Source of the DNA: Ascidiella aspersa
Lineage: Eukaryota
Length of the DNA stretch: 64,000 bases
Direction of reading: 5' to 3'
Assembly: GCA_963924565.1 (NCBI GenBank)
Contig: OZ004610.1
Location: 25,792,001 to 25,856,000, forward strand
Shown: positions 51,701 to 64,000 of the stretch, piece after piece
Numbering within the stretch: the first letter of the stretch is position 1
How the letters are laid out: every line of letters begins with the position of its first letter
Translations under genes and position numbers: made by a program
Notes under the pieces: model-generated
The model's database searches: none
What the model was told of the DNA's origin: nothing
The model's input: the letters and a program-made list of their open reading frames with translations, nothing else

Positions 51701-53410
51701 TAGTGCTTTGTTGTCTGTGATAAGCCATACCTTGGAAGCTAGCTTCTATCGTTTATTTTGGTTTAGGCAATGTAATTTTTCTTTTTACCGCGCGGCGTTT
51801 TGTTGTAGTATTTGTAGTGCATGAGCAGTAGAACTAATGCATGTTTGTGGTCGGGATGTTGTTGTACTGTGATTGTTATTATTTGTGGAGGCGTGAAAAG
51901 GCCTTTATTTTTAAAATAGGAAGGCTTGTTATTACAACACAATAACCCCTCACTTGTTCCTTTAAACAATAATAATCAATGTGTTTCTTTGTTTGCTTCA
52001 TACTTGATTAATCCCGGATCTCTTTGTTAAGTTTTCTCGCTTTACTCAAACGGCCACCTTTTTTTTAATGAATATTAGAAAAAAACGTATAGGTGTTGAT
52101 TATATTGTTCACAGCTCTTTTCTAGCGAAGTTCAGCATTGTTTGTAAAGTACAACGACACAAAAAACTGCAACATGTATTTGCTGCCGTTCTTTTTGTAC
52201 TTATACCTTCCCGGTGCTAGAAGTATGCGCTGGAAGCTTGACGAGAAAACCTAACCATTATATAGACGACTAGGGATGTCCAATATTATCGGATTGGGGT
52301 GATACGTGATGCCAAGTTGCAGTATCGGCACTCGTCCGATACTAGGGTGGTATCAATGCTGATCCGATTCCTAATCAATATTTGAATTTCGGGCATAGTT
52401 TATGATCCACCACTGCGATTTATACTTTGAAATGTAAATTTAATAAAAATAGTATAGGCTAATAAATGGAGATATCTAAATTTCATACAAATTTGAGGCA
52501 AATTACCTGGATGAAATTGTTTTCAGGCGTTTCAATCTTATATATTTTGATCGTTTGAGCATAGCAATTACGTAATATCGAATTAGAACGCAATGCTTAT
52601 TGTCCAAAATATCGTGTGTCAAGTATCGGACATCCCTATCACAGTGTGGCCAAACTGCGTCTCTTCTATTTTTAGAATAATGTAAACAAAACGATATACC
52701 TCCTGTTTATGTGTTTGTTATTTATGTTTTGTTTATTGTTTGTAATAATTCATTGTGGCAAAACAGTGTTTATCAAATAAGACCCGTTTAAACTAGTTCA
52801 CACTGTAAAGCAGTGATTCCCAAACTGTGTACCGCGGCACACTAGTGTGCCTCGAGAGATTGCCAAGTGTGCCGCGAAACTTTTTGTAATTTCGAAAATA
52901 AATTATTTGTATTACTACACATTAATTCATATTGAGACATTTACATATAGTTTGTCATGTGTTAAGGGCTATAGTAAAATGACTCCATTGTTGTTCTTGT
53001 TAAAAGTGTGCCGCAAAATATTCAAGATATAGGTTTATTTAGTGTGCCGCGAGCCAAACAAGTTTGGGAACCACTGCTGTAAAGTAACATTGCAGTGTTA
53101 CTGCATTAAAGAATCATATCTAAAAAATAACAATAAAATTCATCATGTGGCCAGAGCCCACTCTCAAGTGTTAACACAATATAAAAGTTAGTCCATTGTG
53201 CGTCTCTTTAAAGTCTTTAATTTTCAAAATGCGGCCTTGCAGAAAAGTTTTGCATATCCCTGATCTAGAATCGAGCAGATGTAGCCTTGATGACCTTCTT
53301 TAACCATTTTTTGTGTTTTTTAGATATCGCGCAGAGGCATCCGCGCAGAAGATCGTCGTCGTCAGACAGAAAACAAGGCTGAAGAAAATCAAAGTCAGGA
53401 GCAACTTTAG
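45739..53410 (+). CDS. PLIN: Perilipin (PAT-family lipid droplet protein), 10 coding exons, 386 aa
   Basis: Exons 45739-45795, 46144-46263, 46679-46834, 47509-47644, 47820-47890, 48227-48325, 48792-48929, 49614-49733, 50649-50825 and 53324-53410 (1161 nt). PAT motifs RVANLPIVNST and ANKGLDKIEDKVPII, then VDYYLP, FTVDLIQY and QPPVSWL. The first and last exons are less certain. Confidence 0.92.
52271..52638. mobile_element. MITE, TAGGGATGTCC...GGACATCCCTA TIRs (hAT/Ac-like ends)
   Basis: Perfect 11-bp TIR. Related copies at about 1315-1539, 18648-19003, 22503 (partial), 24595-25484, 31826-32220, 53500-53743 and 61570-61910. No TSD recovered. Confidence 0.85.
52811..53076. mobile_element. hAT MITE nested in an older MITE (about 52641-53262)
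   Basis: CAGTGATTCCCAAACT / AGTTTGGGAACCACTG; perfect TSD CTGTAAAG; GTGTGCCGC subrepeats. Confidence 0.93.
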
Positions 53411-54023
53411 ACCACTACTACTGTACAGTGTTCATTGGCTACAGACTAACAATATTAACCAAAAAAGTCATCGTTCGTACAAATTTTAAGCCTGGAACTA
53501 AAGAGTTGTCCGAAACTTAGTGTTGTGTCCTAAAACATATATTCGATATTAAGGGTGAAAAGAACTGTCGTCCGATTCGATACTAGATGACCTCATCACT
53601 ATAGGCTTCATTTAATTTCTAAAACATTACGTTTCAAAATGAAATCATGAAGTTAACCACTTTATTTTTGTATCAGTACTAAAACCATCCTAAAGTATCA
53701 CAAAATAGGGATACCTCTTAACATTGTATTGTCGGACATCCCTACTTTAAAGTTTTAAACCATTAAGTATATCCACTGAAAGTTATTTCCGCTGCTGTTT
53801 TTTAAATATGCAGGTTTCGTTTTATTTCTGCAACAAACTTGTTTTCAATGTATTTTAATGTGATCCATATTTTATAAAAGAGCATGCTACGTTTTCTGTC
53901 TTCATAATATTCTTGTTATCATTAACTATATTACTATTCTAGTTTTGTAGCCATTCGTGTTTCGTCGTTTACCTGTAACTTCTTGCTTGGTGAAATGAAA
54001 TTGGGATGTGATTTTTGTAGTTC

Positions 54024-54029
54024 AATAAA
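54024..54029 (+). terminator. Candidate poly(A) signal of perilipin
   Basis: AATAAA about 610 nt after the stop codon. Confidence 0.5.
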
Positions 54030-57000
54030 ACGTCTTGTCCAAATAACACATTTAGTGTCCTCCCGACAGAATTATTACAACTGTAGACTTTTAACTTGAG
54101 CTTTTGCAGAACTGAAATGAAGCACCCTGTTTAGAGTCCGAAGAAGTTAAAGACAGGCATTTTTAGCGGCCTGCTTCTGGAGTCCAGTGTATAACAAAGG
54201 TACGTGTAAGAGACTTCGGTCTAATCCTGTTTTAAGTAAAATCTACAGATTTTTTTTTTGGTCAGCGTGGTGGTAGTTATATAAGAAGGAAGTGTAGCCT
54301 AGGCAGTGTTGTTAGTGTAAAACATATTTAATAAAATCTAGCTGAGCAAAGGTATGCGTGTAGGTAACGGAGATCAGGATCATATTCATTTTTTCCATGT
54401 GTGAAAGTGCAGCTCGTTGTGGTTAACCAAGTAGGATATGAATCTATTGGTCTCTGACTGGTTTGCCTCCGCTTATCTACGCTGATGCATTTTAATAAGC
54501 CAAACTCGCTTTACAGGACAATCTTCACATTTAAAAAAGTATTAAAAAAAAATAATTACTGTGGGGGTATATTTATTCTTAAGGCATTTTGTAAAACCGT
54601 ACTATTTCATAAAAAGCATAGTAACATATTTTAAAGAAGATATACGCGAATATAAATAAAACATCCGACTGCTGAAAATACAGTTCAATTCAGTCAAAGG
54701 CGACGAGATGCTGCTTGCTTTTTCGCGTACAAACCAGACGTCAAAAAATTTCGCGCTTACGTAGTTAAAACAATTAAATAATATGGGAAATGAAATAATT
54801 AACCTCGTCGTGCCAAATTTGTACAAGAGGTGGCTGGCCGGATGATTTACATTGGCAGACCAAAGCTAGTTTTAAATGAACTGTCATAAAGATATAACAT
54901 TGTCTTTCCTAAGGATTTGAAATAAGATCTGGATTACCAAACTGTGTTTAATTATATTTACTTTACGTTGATTTAAAGTCGCTGAAGTTCGATTCAGCCG
55001 AACTAGGGTTCTTTATTCCCAATGCTTGGCAGGCGGTAAGTTATTTATCTGACCTTTAAAATAAACTAGATTTAAGAAATGTTTTCTTTAATTTATAAGT
55101 CTTTCTATCTGTTATTAGGCTTGTAATTTATGATTAGTTAAGTTTTTCAATATGCAAATAAAAAAAAAAGCTTTTGTGTTACAATATTAATTTAGTTTGT
55201 GTTATAGTAATAATTTATGGACTGCTTTATCTGCGAGTCTGCGAGATCACCAGTTTAAAGTGTTAAACCAGTAAAAATATTTATTTAAAAAAATAGGTAA
55301 CAAAAATGTATTTTTGTGCATATCATAATTATTTATCTTAAGTAATAATATTTGCCGTTTGCGCAATGAAAACTAAAAACACTTTGAAAATACAAAATAT
55401 TCTTCCGTCGGACAAAAAACTTAAAATTATTTTATTTTATTTTTTTGTGTGTAAGATTTCTATGAGTCATGCTGGCATTTGAGGTCGCTAGGGTTACTGC
55501 AAGCAACGCTAGCATAGAGTTTGTTTTGAGTGCTACTTGCTAGGCTCCACTGTTAGGAATTGATAACTTAGTATTCTAGTTTTAGCTTATTTTATCAATG
55601 CTGATTTACTAGAGTTAATATCGCAGTTATAGTTATTCATGAAGTAATGAGCTGTGGTGTAAAATAGCGTTAACGTTACAAAATAAAAAGGTTAACTGGC
55701 TAAAGACTGAGAGAAGTCTTTCTTCTTACAGTTTCTACTAAAATAGTATAATTGCCAAAGAATGGCATTTTGATTCCTCGATAAATGCCTATATAACAGA
55801 TTAGGAGATTGGTCTAGGTTATACCACATTAGTGCTATGAAATGCAGACTATCTTTGAGTGATGTTTAACAAATTCAGATCAATATGTTATAATACACTC
55901 CAAGAGAAATTCAAAGGTGAAATTCTATGTACGGCGTGTCTTGAAGTACCTTGTTGCAAAATGTAACTTTTAAGCTAAGCATAATTGTCCCAAGGTTACC
56001 GAAAGATTAGAAAATTGTTTTTTCTTGTTTACAGTCAGATGTTTTGTAGGTACGTTGATGTGGTTCTCACATCCAATGCTAGATAACGTAGCCTATTTAT
56101 CCAAATTTTAAGTGTAGGCCTATTATTTTTTTGAGTAGCAGAAAAATATAACAATCAAGCTAATGGCGAAATATTGTTGATGTTTATGAATTAGATGCTC
56201 TTTACTTTCATAAATAGTTTTCGACGTTTCGACGCCATATACGCGATATTTTTACGACGGAATGAAACATTTACCGAATTTTTTTACTTTATTTTCACTC
56301 TGCGTGGTGCAATGTTTCATCACCTGATGACACTTCGTATTTGTCTATAGACTCTTGTATGTATATTTTGGACTTTAAATAGTTCGTTTAAAGGAGAATA
56401 GCGAATTACTGAGTGATGTTAAGGAACCAAATATGCGACCTATGTGATATAACTAATTATGCATCAGGGAAAGAGTATACAGAATTTATTTTAATGACAG
56501 ACGCTTGTGTGCTACAGTAGTATAATAGGCCTAAAAATCAATACAAAATGTAGACCATGTTCGTAGGGCCATCAAAACAGCATTGATGAATTTAATCAAT
56601 AATTTGGCGGAAATGTAGATTAAGCTTGACCTCACCATATGTCATTCAAAGGATAGCCTACACCTAATTTGTTATGTTTATTAACAAAAATAAAAGTAAA
56701 GCTCAATTTCTGTCACATAGGGACCCCAGCATTAAATTATGAATACCTAATTTGAAGGAGACCAATATTAGACTAAGAACTATACAACCTCTCCCCCAAC
56801 AACTTTCTACCTAACCCCAAATCTTTATTCAAAAATTTATAAAAAAATGCCAACAAAAACTACATCCTTAACTTAACTTCTAACCACATCCATTACCTAT
56901 CCCTTATCCTAACCAAGGGCAGTTGTATATTATTATTAGGCATTTAGTTTTACTGTGGATGTTGTGTTTCAATATGTTATGGACCTAGTGGTATGGTATT

Positions 57001-58993
57001 ATTATGGATAAGTTCGCTGTAGATACTGTTGCTTTTTTAACCTTATTGCGTTTTTCTTTTCAAGTACTTTGTTTAAATTTAGCAAAAAATTCCAACATTT
57101 ATTTAATATTTGTGGTAAAATTACACCCGGTCCTTTTTCATGTCAGGCGACAAAACCAATATCTTGAACTATCTCATCAGACGCGAGAAGTTCGCCTTGA
57201 TCTTTTGTGTGCTTTGTACGTCGTCCTGCGGTATTCTGTGCAAGTTGGGACACGCTGCGTTTATGCCACTTGCCTTTGCCGTCGATGTTATTGTGCCTCG
57301 AGTCGTAACTCCGCCGGCAATGTACACGTTGCCATAATAACATTCTGATCCAATGTCGAAAGCCTAAAACAACACGTTTGCGTTTACATACAAAACAAAA
57401 ATGGCTGTATCGAAATCTGAAACGTGTATACTATACGCGGCAGCAATGCGGGTGAAAGAAGAAAGTAATCTGTGGTTTAACTAGTTCAATTACCCACTTT
57501 TCCGGCATCCTATATTTTTCTGACCTATTAACAAGTCATAAAAAAGAAACAAACACACGCCTTAACTCGTAATGCTTTGAATTCTTTGTTGCAATGTTTT
57601 GTCTCACAACGAGGTCACCAATGACGATAAGTCGATCGAATGTTAGCACAAATCATCATCCGATTATACGACGTCCATCTGCCCTACAATTTCACGAAAA
57701 TTAAGATCGTCACTTTCATAATCAGATCGACCCCAAACCATAAAAGCCGCTCTTCCTCATTTAGTTTTTATGATATTACCATTTGTCGTGTTTTTGTTTT
57801 AGCTATATGAGGTTTGGAGAAAGAGATTTATTTTATTTTTTCGCTTTTGTTAGATTCTTGATGTGTTTAGAATCTCTAGGGTAGTGTACCAGTGATCCAA
57901 AATTGGTTTCTGAGAAGTTGATTCAGGGACCGAAAACCAACTTTTTTGTCTTGAAAATGCAAACTCTTAAAAGAAAAGAATCAAACAAAATGTATCTATT
58001 TAACTTCGCATTGTTTTATTTTTATTTGTGCCTGTTAATTACCATAAAATTGCAAGGGGTGAGCCAAGTAAGCTCCTTTAAAAAGTTTGGTCATTACTTG
58101 TCAAAGCTCAGCGTCTTTTAAATTCATTTAGTTATTACTGTATAAGCGATACAAGCCGGAGCACATCCTTGTCATTGTGTTTGCTTGGCAATAAATCGTT
58201 TGATAGCTTGTGTACCCTAAGTAGTTTGTATGAGTAGTGGTGATTGGAATGTCAACGTAATTATTAGACCGTGTTTTCTAAATTTTCTTGGTAAAATAAT
58301 TATATGGTCCTTTTAAGGAAAAATATTGGATCAGCCAGGTGAAATCCCTTAGTAGTATTGCTGGAAAAAGCATTTACGAAAGCACGCTTCCACACTGCGA
58401 TAGTTAGTCCTATAGCTTTTAAATATTTTTTTTTAGTAGATTAACGTAACCATGTTTCTTTTGTGGCAAATTTAAAGTGAAATTCGATAGTTTGAGTTAA
58501 ACAATATTTTTTGCGTCAGGATTCCACGTGCAAGATAGATTGTTTTCTGATCGTACAAATGCCTATTCGCAGCTGCGGCTAACGTCAGAAAAGCGATTGA
58601 CGTGCGTAGTGCGCCCTATTGATCTGCAGCAATAACAAACGCAGCTTTTCGAGGTACGTTGTTTTGAGGTGTTACGGTAGCTAAAGTAGTACATGATTGT
58701 ACATTTTCGAGAACGCTATTGAGATAGAGCTAAGTGTTGACGGAATCATTGGCTTTCGTGTGCTTTAAAGTTGATTTACGCGTTCCAAGGTTGATTATGG
58801 TTTTCTTCCAACATTATATATATAGCCTACAGTACGCTTTACAGTTCATTTATTTAAAAACACTATTTGCTGAAATTCAGATTTTGTTGAAATTCAGACA
58901 AATAATACTAACTATCTTTGGTGTAAAATTATAATACTAGAAATGTATAACTATAGGTGCACTTACATTTTGACACTATAGAGTCGTATAGAC

Positions 58994-59867
58994 CAGCGGT
59001 TCACAAACTGAGGTCCGCGGACCAAATGGGGTCCGTACAGCAGTTTTAGAGGGTCCGCAAGGAGAATTAGTCTTTTAAGTTTTTAAACACTAGTCTATGT
59101 TTTAAACATTATCTGTCATCTTTATTGTCTTTAGTTATCCTTATTATTCGATCATACAGCGTGTTTTATGATGTCTATTGTGACATCATAAAGCATCTAT
59201 TATGCTGTACTACCTGCTATCAGCGAATCGTTCGCACTAGTTAGAACAGGGTGGTCCAAACCCAGTTGCAATTTCAGCCAAATTGAACTGGTTAATTAAA
59301 CCTTTTTGCGCGAAATGATAACGTCTTTGTAATTTAGCGATTGGGGAGTATGCAACATCTCTTTCACGCGAACATTCTACGCTTATAAAATGCAGTCTTC
59401 TAATTAAATTTTTGTCAAATACGCAAATTTTTCGCGCTTCGCGCACACCAGTTTTCCCAGTCTTATAACATTCGATTTTATTTGCGCACAAGTTCAACGA
59501 CAGAAGCAAGTTTCTGGAGCGTATCTGTCTTTCGATATTACGTTGTGACGTTATCTTTAAACATTTGATGCCTCGACCAAACGAAAAACGTTGATCCGCT
59601 CCTGGAACGCATTTAGCCTACTTTATGTGGCCCGCAAAGAATATACCAGAAATATTGTGGCCCGAGATGCAGTCAACTGTGGACCACGATGCAGTCAACT
59701 GCGGACTTAGTTAGAAGGTTGTTACATTAGAAAGAATCGTGACTGCACTAGTGTACTACTAGAAATATGGGTCAACTGACCCTGGAAATTTTATAGGGCC
59801 GCGAAATATCAAAATAATTGCAACGGGTCCGCCAGGCAAAATTTTTAGAAAAGTTTGGGAACCGCTG
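58994..59867. mobile_element. hAT MITE containing a second insertion (59247-59708)
   Basis: Outer TIR CAGCGGTTCACAAACT / AGTTTGGGAACCGCTG with TSD GTATAGAC; inner element starts CAGGGTGGTCCAAAC and is flanked by AGTTAGAA repeats. Confidence 0.9.
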
Positions 59868-62393
59868 GTATAGACAAACTAAAAAATACCCGGTTAAATT
59901 GGTAACTGGACAAACACTGAAACTGCTTCAATTTGAAAAAAAGTTGCAGAAGCGTTAATATTGGTGTGATGATTAATTTGCTTTATTTATTGATGTGTAA
60001 TAATATTACTCGTGTAATAGTTGGATTGTAAATGATTGGCCCGTTGCTGCTTGAATACAATACAGCACGAATATTATCCAACAGACCAAGATATCGCACT
60101 AAAAAGAAATAAATTGTTACTTTGTTTTCTTTTAATATGTTATTGATATAAAGTTTCGTTTGGTGTTCCGCAAAATCAGTTTAATATTAAGTGTTCGGTG
60201 GCTTAAAAAAAGTTGATAAACACAGGTGTAGGGCGTATCGTTGCTAGCCAAACAATCTCGACAAACCAGAGTATTTCGAATGTCACTTGGCGCGAGCGGC
60301 AGTACTTTGTAAGTGGCGTTAGGCCTATTACTGAATGACTTGGTTCGGAAATCAACTCGACTTGTGCTCGAGGGCTATTGCTGGTGCTTTGAATAATTTA
60401 TCCACTCTACACTACTAGTACCGCAATAAACACAAACCCAGCATGCGCTGCTGGCACTCACTAGCTTGGATTGACATGGTCCAGCTGTCCCATGTTGGTT
60501 TGTGACGGAAATTCTATCGAAAGATGAAAAGTAGCTGCTGTTTATTTTATGTTTCACCTTGGCGGGAGTTGTTTTGCAGGTGAAAAGTCGTTTACTGATG
60601 GTCGGATGGGAAATTTGTTTTCCACAAATTGGTGCGTAAAACAATAAAACGTGGTGGAGTGTTTTAAAGTTAAACTGTACTTAAGTTTTGTTATTACCAA
60701 AAAGTATTTTTCTTGTTACAAATAGGCATTCAGGTAAGCATTTTAGATTTGAATGTACACTATGGGTTGTTTAACCTATAATGACATGGTATTCACATAT
60801 AACAAGGGTTTTAAACTGAATTCCGTGTTTTTTTGTCATGTAATGCTGAAAATGTTCCGCGAAAAGGTTCAAGTACCACCGCTGATCTAAACTATGACAA
60901 GTCTGTATTGTGTTTTGATACGGTGGTTTTCAAACTATGTGCCGCACAACAAAAGTTAGGGGCGATTTAAATTAGTCTGTTTAGATTTTAAACCAGACAA
61001 TACGCTTTAAGAACTCAGCCGTGGCAGTTATAATTTGCAACAATAAGATTCCATTCCGTTTTTTTCCATTAGCTTTGGTTAGGCGCAAAAAGAGGCTTCT
61101 ACTTTCTTTAATTCCCAGTTCGCGGCACATTAGGCGGCAAAAAAGTTTCGTCACGCACCATTGTGCCCGCGTGCGTCAGCGGAGACTGTTGTCAAATCAG
61201 GCGTGTCGTTTTATTTTGGCCTTCGAGGGTCTGGATTCGTACAAGTCTGTCTCAGAATGGCCCCTGGGCTTTATCAGGTTCCGTTATAGTTCCGCGTAGC
61301 CTGATTAGCCGCTGCAACAACAAGCAGCAGTTTACAAAATCTAAACCGATAAATTTTGATACAGTATTGCGTTGTTCGTACAGTAAGATTTTGTCACGTT
61401 TGCGGATTCGAAGTTGGAGGTTTGTAAGAATGATGGCAATTAGGTTGGCCAAGTTGTGCATTGTCAGGTGTCAGGCATTGTGCGATTAAATACTAGATAC
61501 AAGGTTAGCAATAGTGAAACAACAGTCGCGTTGGTGTGAAATCCATATTACAAGCGGTGTAATAATAGTTAAGATACTTATTTTACCGATACTGATATCT
61601 TAGGCTAAAAGCACTGCCGATCCGATCCGTAAATAACTGACGACATTTCCATGGCCAAAAGGCAAGATCGACCAAACTGAAAAGCGTAAACGTTATGCTT
61701 TCTGGGTTAAAACAGGGCTGTAAAACGTAGCTTATTGTTAATAGGCTAATTTCTAAAATGAATTACCTTTTAAGGCGAAAAACGTTTAGCTTGATCGCAA
61801 ACACGGCTAAAATGATTAAATTAATTTGGTATTGAATCAGTACCGACGCCACACTATTAAACACGTGACATCAGGTATCGGTACCGATTCGATATTATCG
61901 TACACCTCCGGTGGTGTTGATAACCGTCGTTATAAAGAGGGGTGCCGGGAAATAGGTATAGCTATAGATGTATACGCGGCATTAAATTTTAATCGCTCAA
62001 GTTCGTCGCGCGCACGAAACAATTGGCGCACTCTGCCTGATGAATAAGCAATGAGTCGCGGGCGTGGTCTGTCGTAACCCGTCCATGCTTGGCAGTAATG
62101 CGACGCGAACACCATTCAAAGGGGTAGCCGAGCCGATAATACAGCTTCCTGCTATATGATTTTTCAGATAACTTGAAACAATTGCGCTGAACAGGTGTAA
62201 GGGTTTGTTACTTGAAAATAAATTGATGCCTTATGAAAATTGTACAGTGTTCGGGGCTTAGAAGACAAAACGTTCACTGTTAAAAGTTAAGGTAGGTTTT
62301 TGCACAGTGTAGTGTTTTTCAAATGCCTGCGTTGGAGACTTGTTCAGTGATAAGCTTGTGTAAATTTTGCTTAATATTTGATGCAATATATAG

Positions 62394-62687
62394 CAGGGGT
62401 GTTCAACTCAAACATGCCGACGTGGCAATTTTAATCTTATAACTTCTTCCTGTGCCAAAGTTTAGCAACTATTTTTTTTTAAGCATCCAAAAATAAAAAC
62501 AATATAGTGTTATAATATCAGCAGTAATTGTTTGTAGTCGTAATGCTGGGGTTGTTTTGTATCGTGAATAAACAATGACAATTGGCTGGATAACAAATTT
62601 ATCTTTTTTGACAATTGGCTGTATTTTTGGGGGGGGGGTTGCGTGCCATTTTTTATTAGGTCGCGTGCCTTATGTTGGACACCCCTA
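62394..62687. mobile_element. hAT MITE
   Basis: CAGGGGTGTTCAAC / GTTGGACACCCCTA; TSD atatatag/aaatatag. Confidence 0.82.
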
Positions 62688-63429
62688 AAATATAGCTATA
62701 TTTCAAGAGGAAGGTTTGTACGTTGTGCGTCGCTTGAGAAAAAATGCCTACTGTTTGCTCAAGTAAAGATTTGTCAATTTTTTGAAATTGGTGAAGAAAC
62801 TCTTCTGATATTTGAAACGAGTTTAATCTCAGTCGTGAAGCGTTTCCTCAAAAATGACGCTAACATATTAAATGCCTTATTGCTTGTATTTCAACACACA
62901 TAGAAATAACCTAGTGAAAAAAAATTGAGTAGGCTACGCGTTTTGGCAAAACACACTTCTTTTGAGCGACAGGCCATTTTAAAGCCGTTCAACCGAATCC
63001 TAGTATTGTACATTAATTTAAGTTCTGTGACCTGTTATAAATGTTAACTTTTCAACATTTAGGCATATTAAAACAGAATATGACCTACGTTCAGCGACGA
63101 AAAGGACACATTCACAAATAAAGGTTTATTACTCGTTATCTATTACCTCTTATAAAACATTGGTTGGAACTACCAAAGTGCATAGCAAAATAAGCCAAAG
63201 CGTTCGACATAATTTTAACAGAAAATTGGCTTTAAAAAATTATAAAAAAGCGTTTGGTAGTATTTTCCTTTCGCGTTCTTTGCATTAATATCCTTGTTTT
63301 TGACCTCATGAATTTTACGCCTGCAGGTAAAGTTGCAATTGCTGTTCGCAGGTGTTTAGAGTAAAACTATAGGTTCCGCTGCGCAGTTGCACCAGCTTTC
63401 CATCCTCTACTTTTTAAAGTCACTCAAGT

Positions 63430-64000
63430 ATGAGTGCGTCTGACGTCATCGTCGCCGGCGGTCGCGCCCGAGTGCTCACGACGCCCAAACTGCACCGACG
63501 TCACCATTCCAGCCAGCAGGACCCCCCGCCCCCTCCACCAATAAAACTCCCGCTTAAGCTCTGCCAGGAAAACGTGCTTGCCGTGGCAAAGTGCAAGTGT
63601 CCGCCCATCGAGGAGAAAAAGGCCCCGACCAAGTTGAGCGTCCGCGATCCGCAGCCCGATCACGTGACGCTCCCTCTATCGCCCGCCAGCGGCGTGTCGC
63701 CAGCCTACGCGGCCATGGCGAACGCGTGCAGCCACGATCACGACTACGTGGTCGCCTCTGTCGCAGCGACGGCTGTGGAGGGCTCCAAGGCCATCGGCAA
63801 GGCGCAAATCGTGACGCGCGCTCGGCCAAAGGGAACCGCCGACCAAGGTGACGTCATCGTGTCCCCGCGCTGCCTTCCGGCGCCGCCCAAACCGTTGCCG
63901 CCCAATTCGCCGCGCGACGCCAAGCCGCCCCGAGTTGCAAGTAGCAAGCTGATGCGGCGCCGTTACGTCAGAGTTGACCAGCGCCCCGACGACGCGAAGG
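63430..64000 (+). CDS. 5' part of a Pro/Ala-rich, probably nuclear protein; open to the window edge
   Basis: ATG at 63430 is followed by 190 stop-free codons with high GC3 (MSASDVIVAGG...QQDPPPPPPIKLP...SHDHDYVV...KLMRRRYVRV). Absent from the ORF track because there is no stop inside the window. Acceptor-like ttcgcag lies at about 63345-63351. Confidence 0.8.
   Translation, partial: MSASDVIVAGGRARVLTTPKLHRRHHSSQQDPPPPPPIKLPLKLCQENVLAVAKCKCPPIEEKKAPTKLSVRDPQPDHVTLPLSPASGVSPAYAAMANACSHDHDYVVASVAATAVEGSKAIGKAQIVTRARPKGTADQGDVIVSPRCLPAPPKPLPPNSPRDAKPPRVASSKLMRRRYVRVDQRPDDAK

Noticed and set aside
54130-54480. tRNA-derived SINE
   Set aside because: Only a vague resemblance; no convincing A/B boxes and no second copy in the window.
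56221-56355. Hammerhead-like pieces (GAAACGTC on -, CTGATGA on +)
   Set aside because: The core halves are on opposite strands and each is incomplete.
60375-61489. Coding exons suggested by several 69-108 aa ORFs
   Set aside because: No motifs, no consistent splice phase chain and overlapping frames on both strands; more likely regulatory or UTR sequence.
63424-63947. Minus-strand and alternative plus-strand ORFs in the track
   Set aside because: These are shadows of the GC-rich plus-strand frame starting at 63430.

Overview
AT-rich eukaryotic (animal) genomic DNA with short GT-AG introns. Gene style and transposon content suggest an invertebrate chordate such as a tunicate, but that is inference only. 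The ORF track is mostly noise because the genes are spliced. By reading splice sites I reconstructed five complete genes: a 6-exon orphan class A GPCR (-), a 3-exon cytidine deaminase (-), a 4-exon FABP/iLBP (-), a 4-exon PMP22/claudin-superfamily tetraspan (-) and a 10-exon perilipin (+). A sixth, Pro-rich gene (+) starts at 63430 and runs off the window. Intergenic and intronic DNA is full of hAT-type MITEs, many with perfect 8-bp TSDs and some nested. Two tandem arrays (20 x 154 bp and about 5.4 x 73 bp) both sit inside copies of one MITE family. Less obvious signals: minimal type I hammerhead ribozymes of the Penelope/retrozyme kind; a remnant LTR retroelement whose last ORF ends in a transmembrane anchor (env-like) just before a PPT and a 465-bp LTR; a perfect DR5 element upstream of the FABP gene; and an inverted pair of HNF4-type DR1 sites upstream of perilipin. 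No rRNA, tRNA or CRISPR features were seen.
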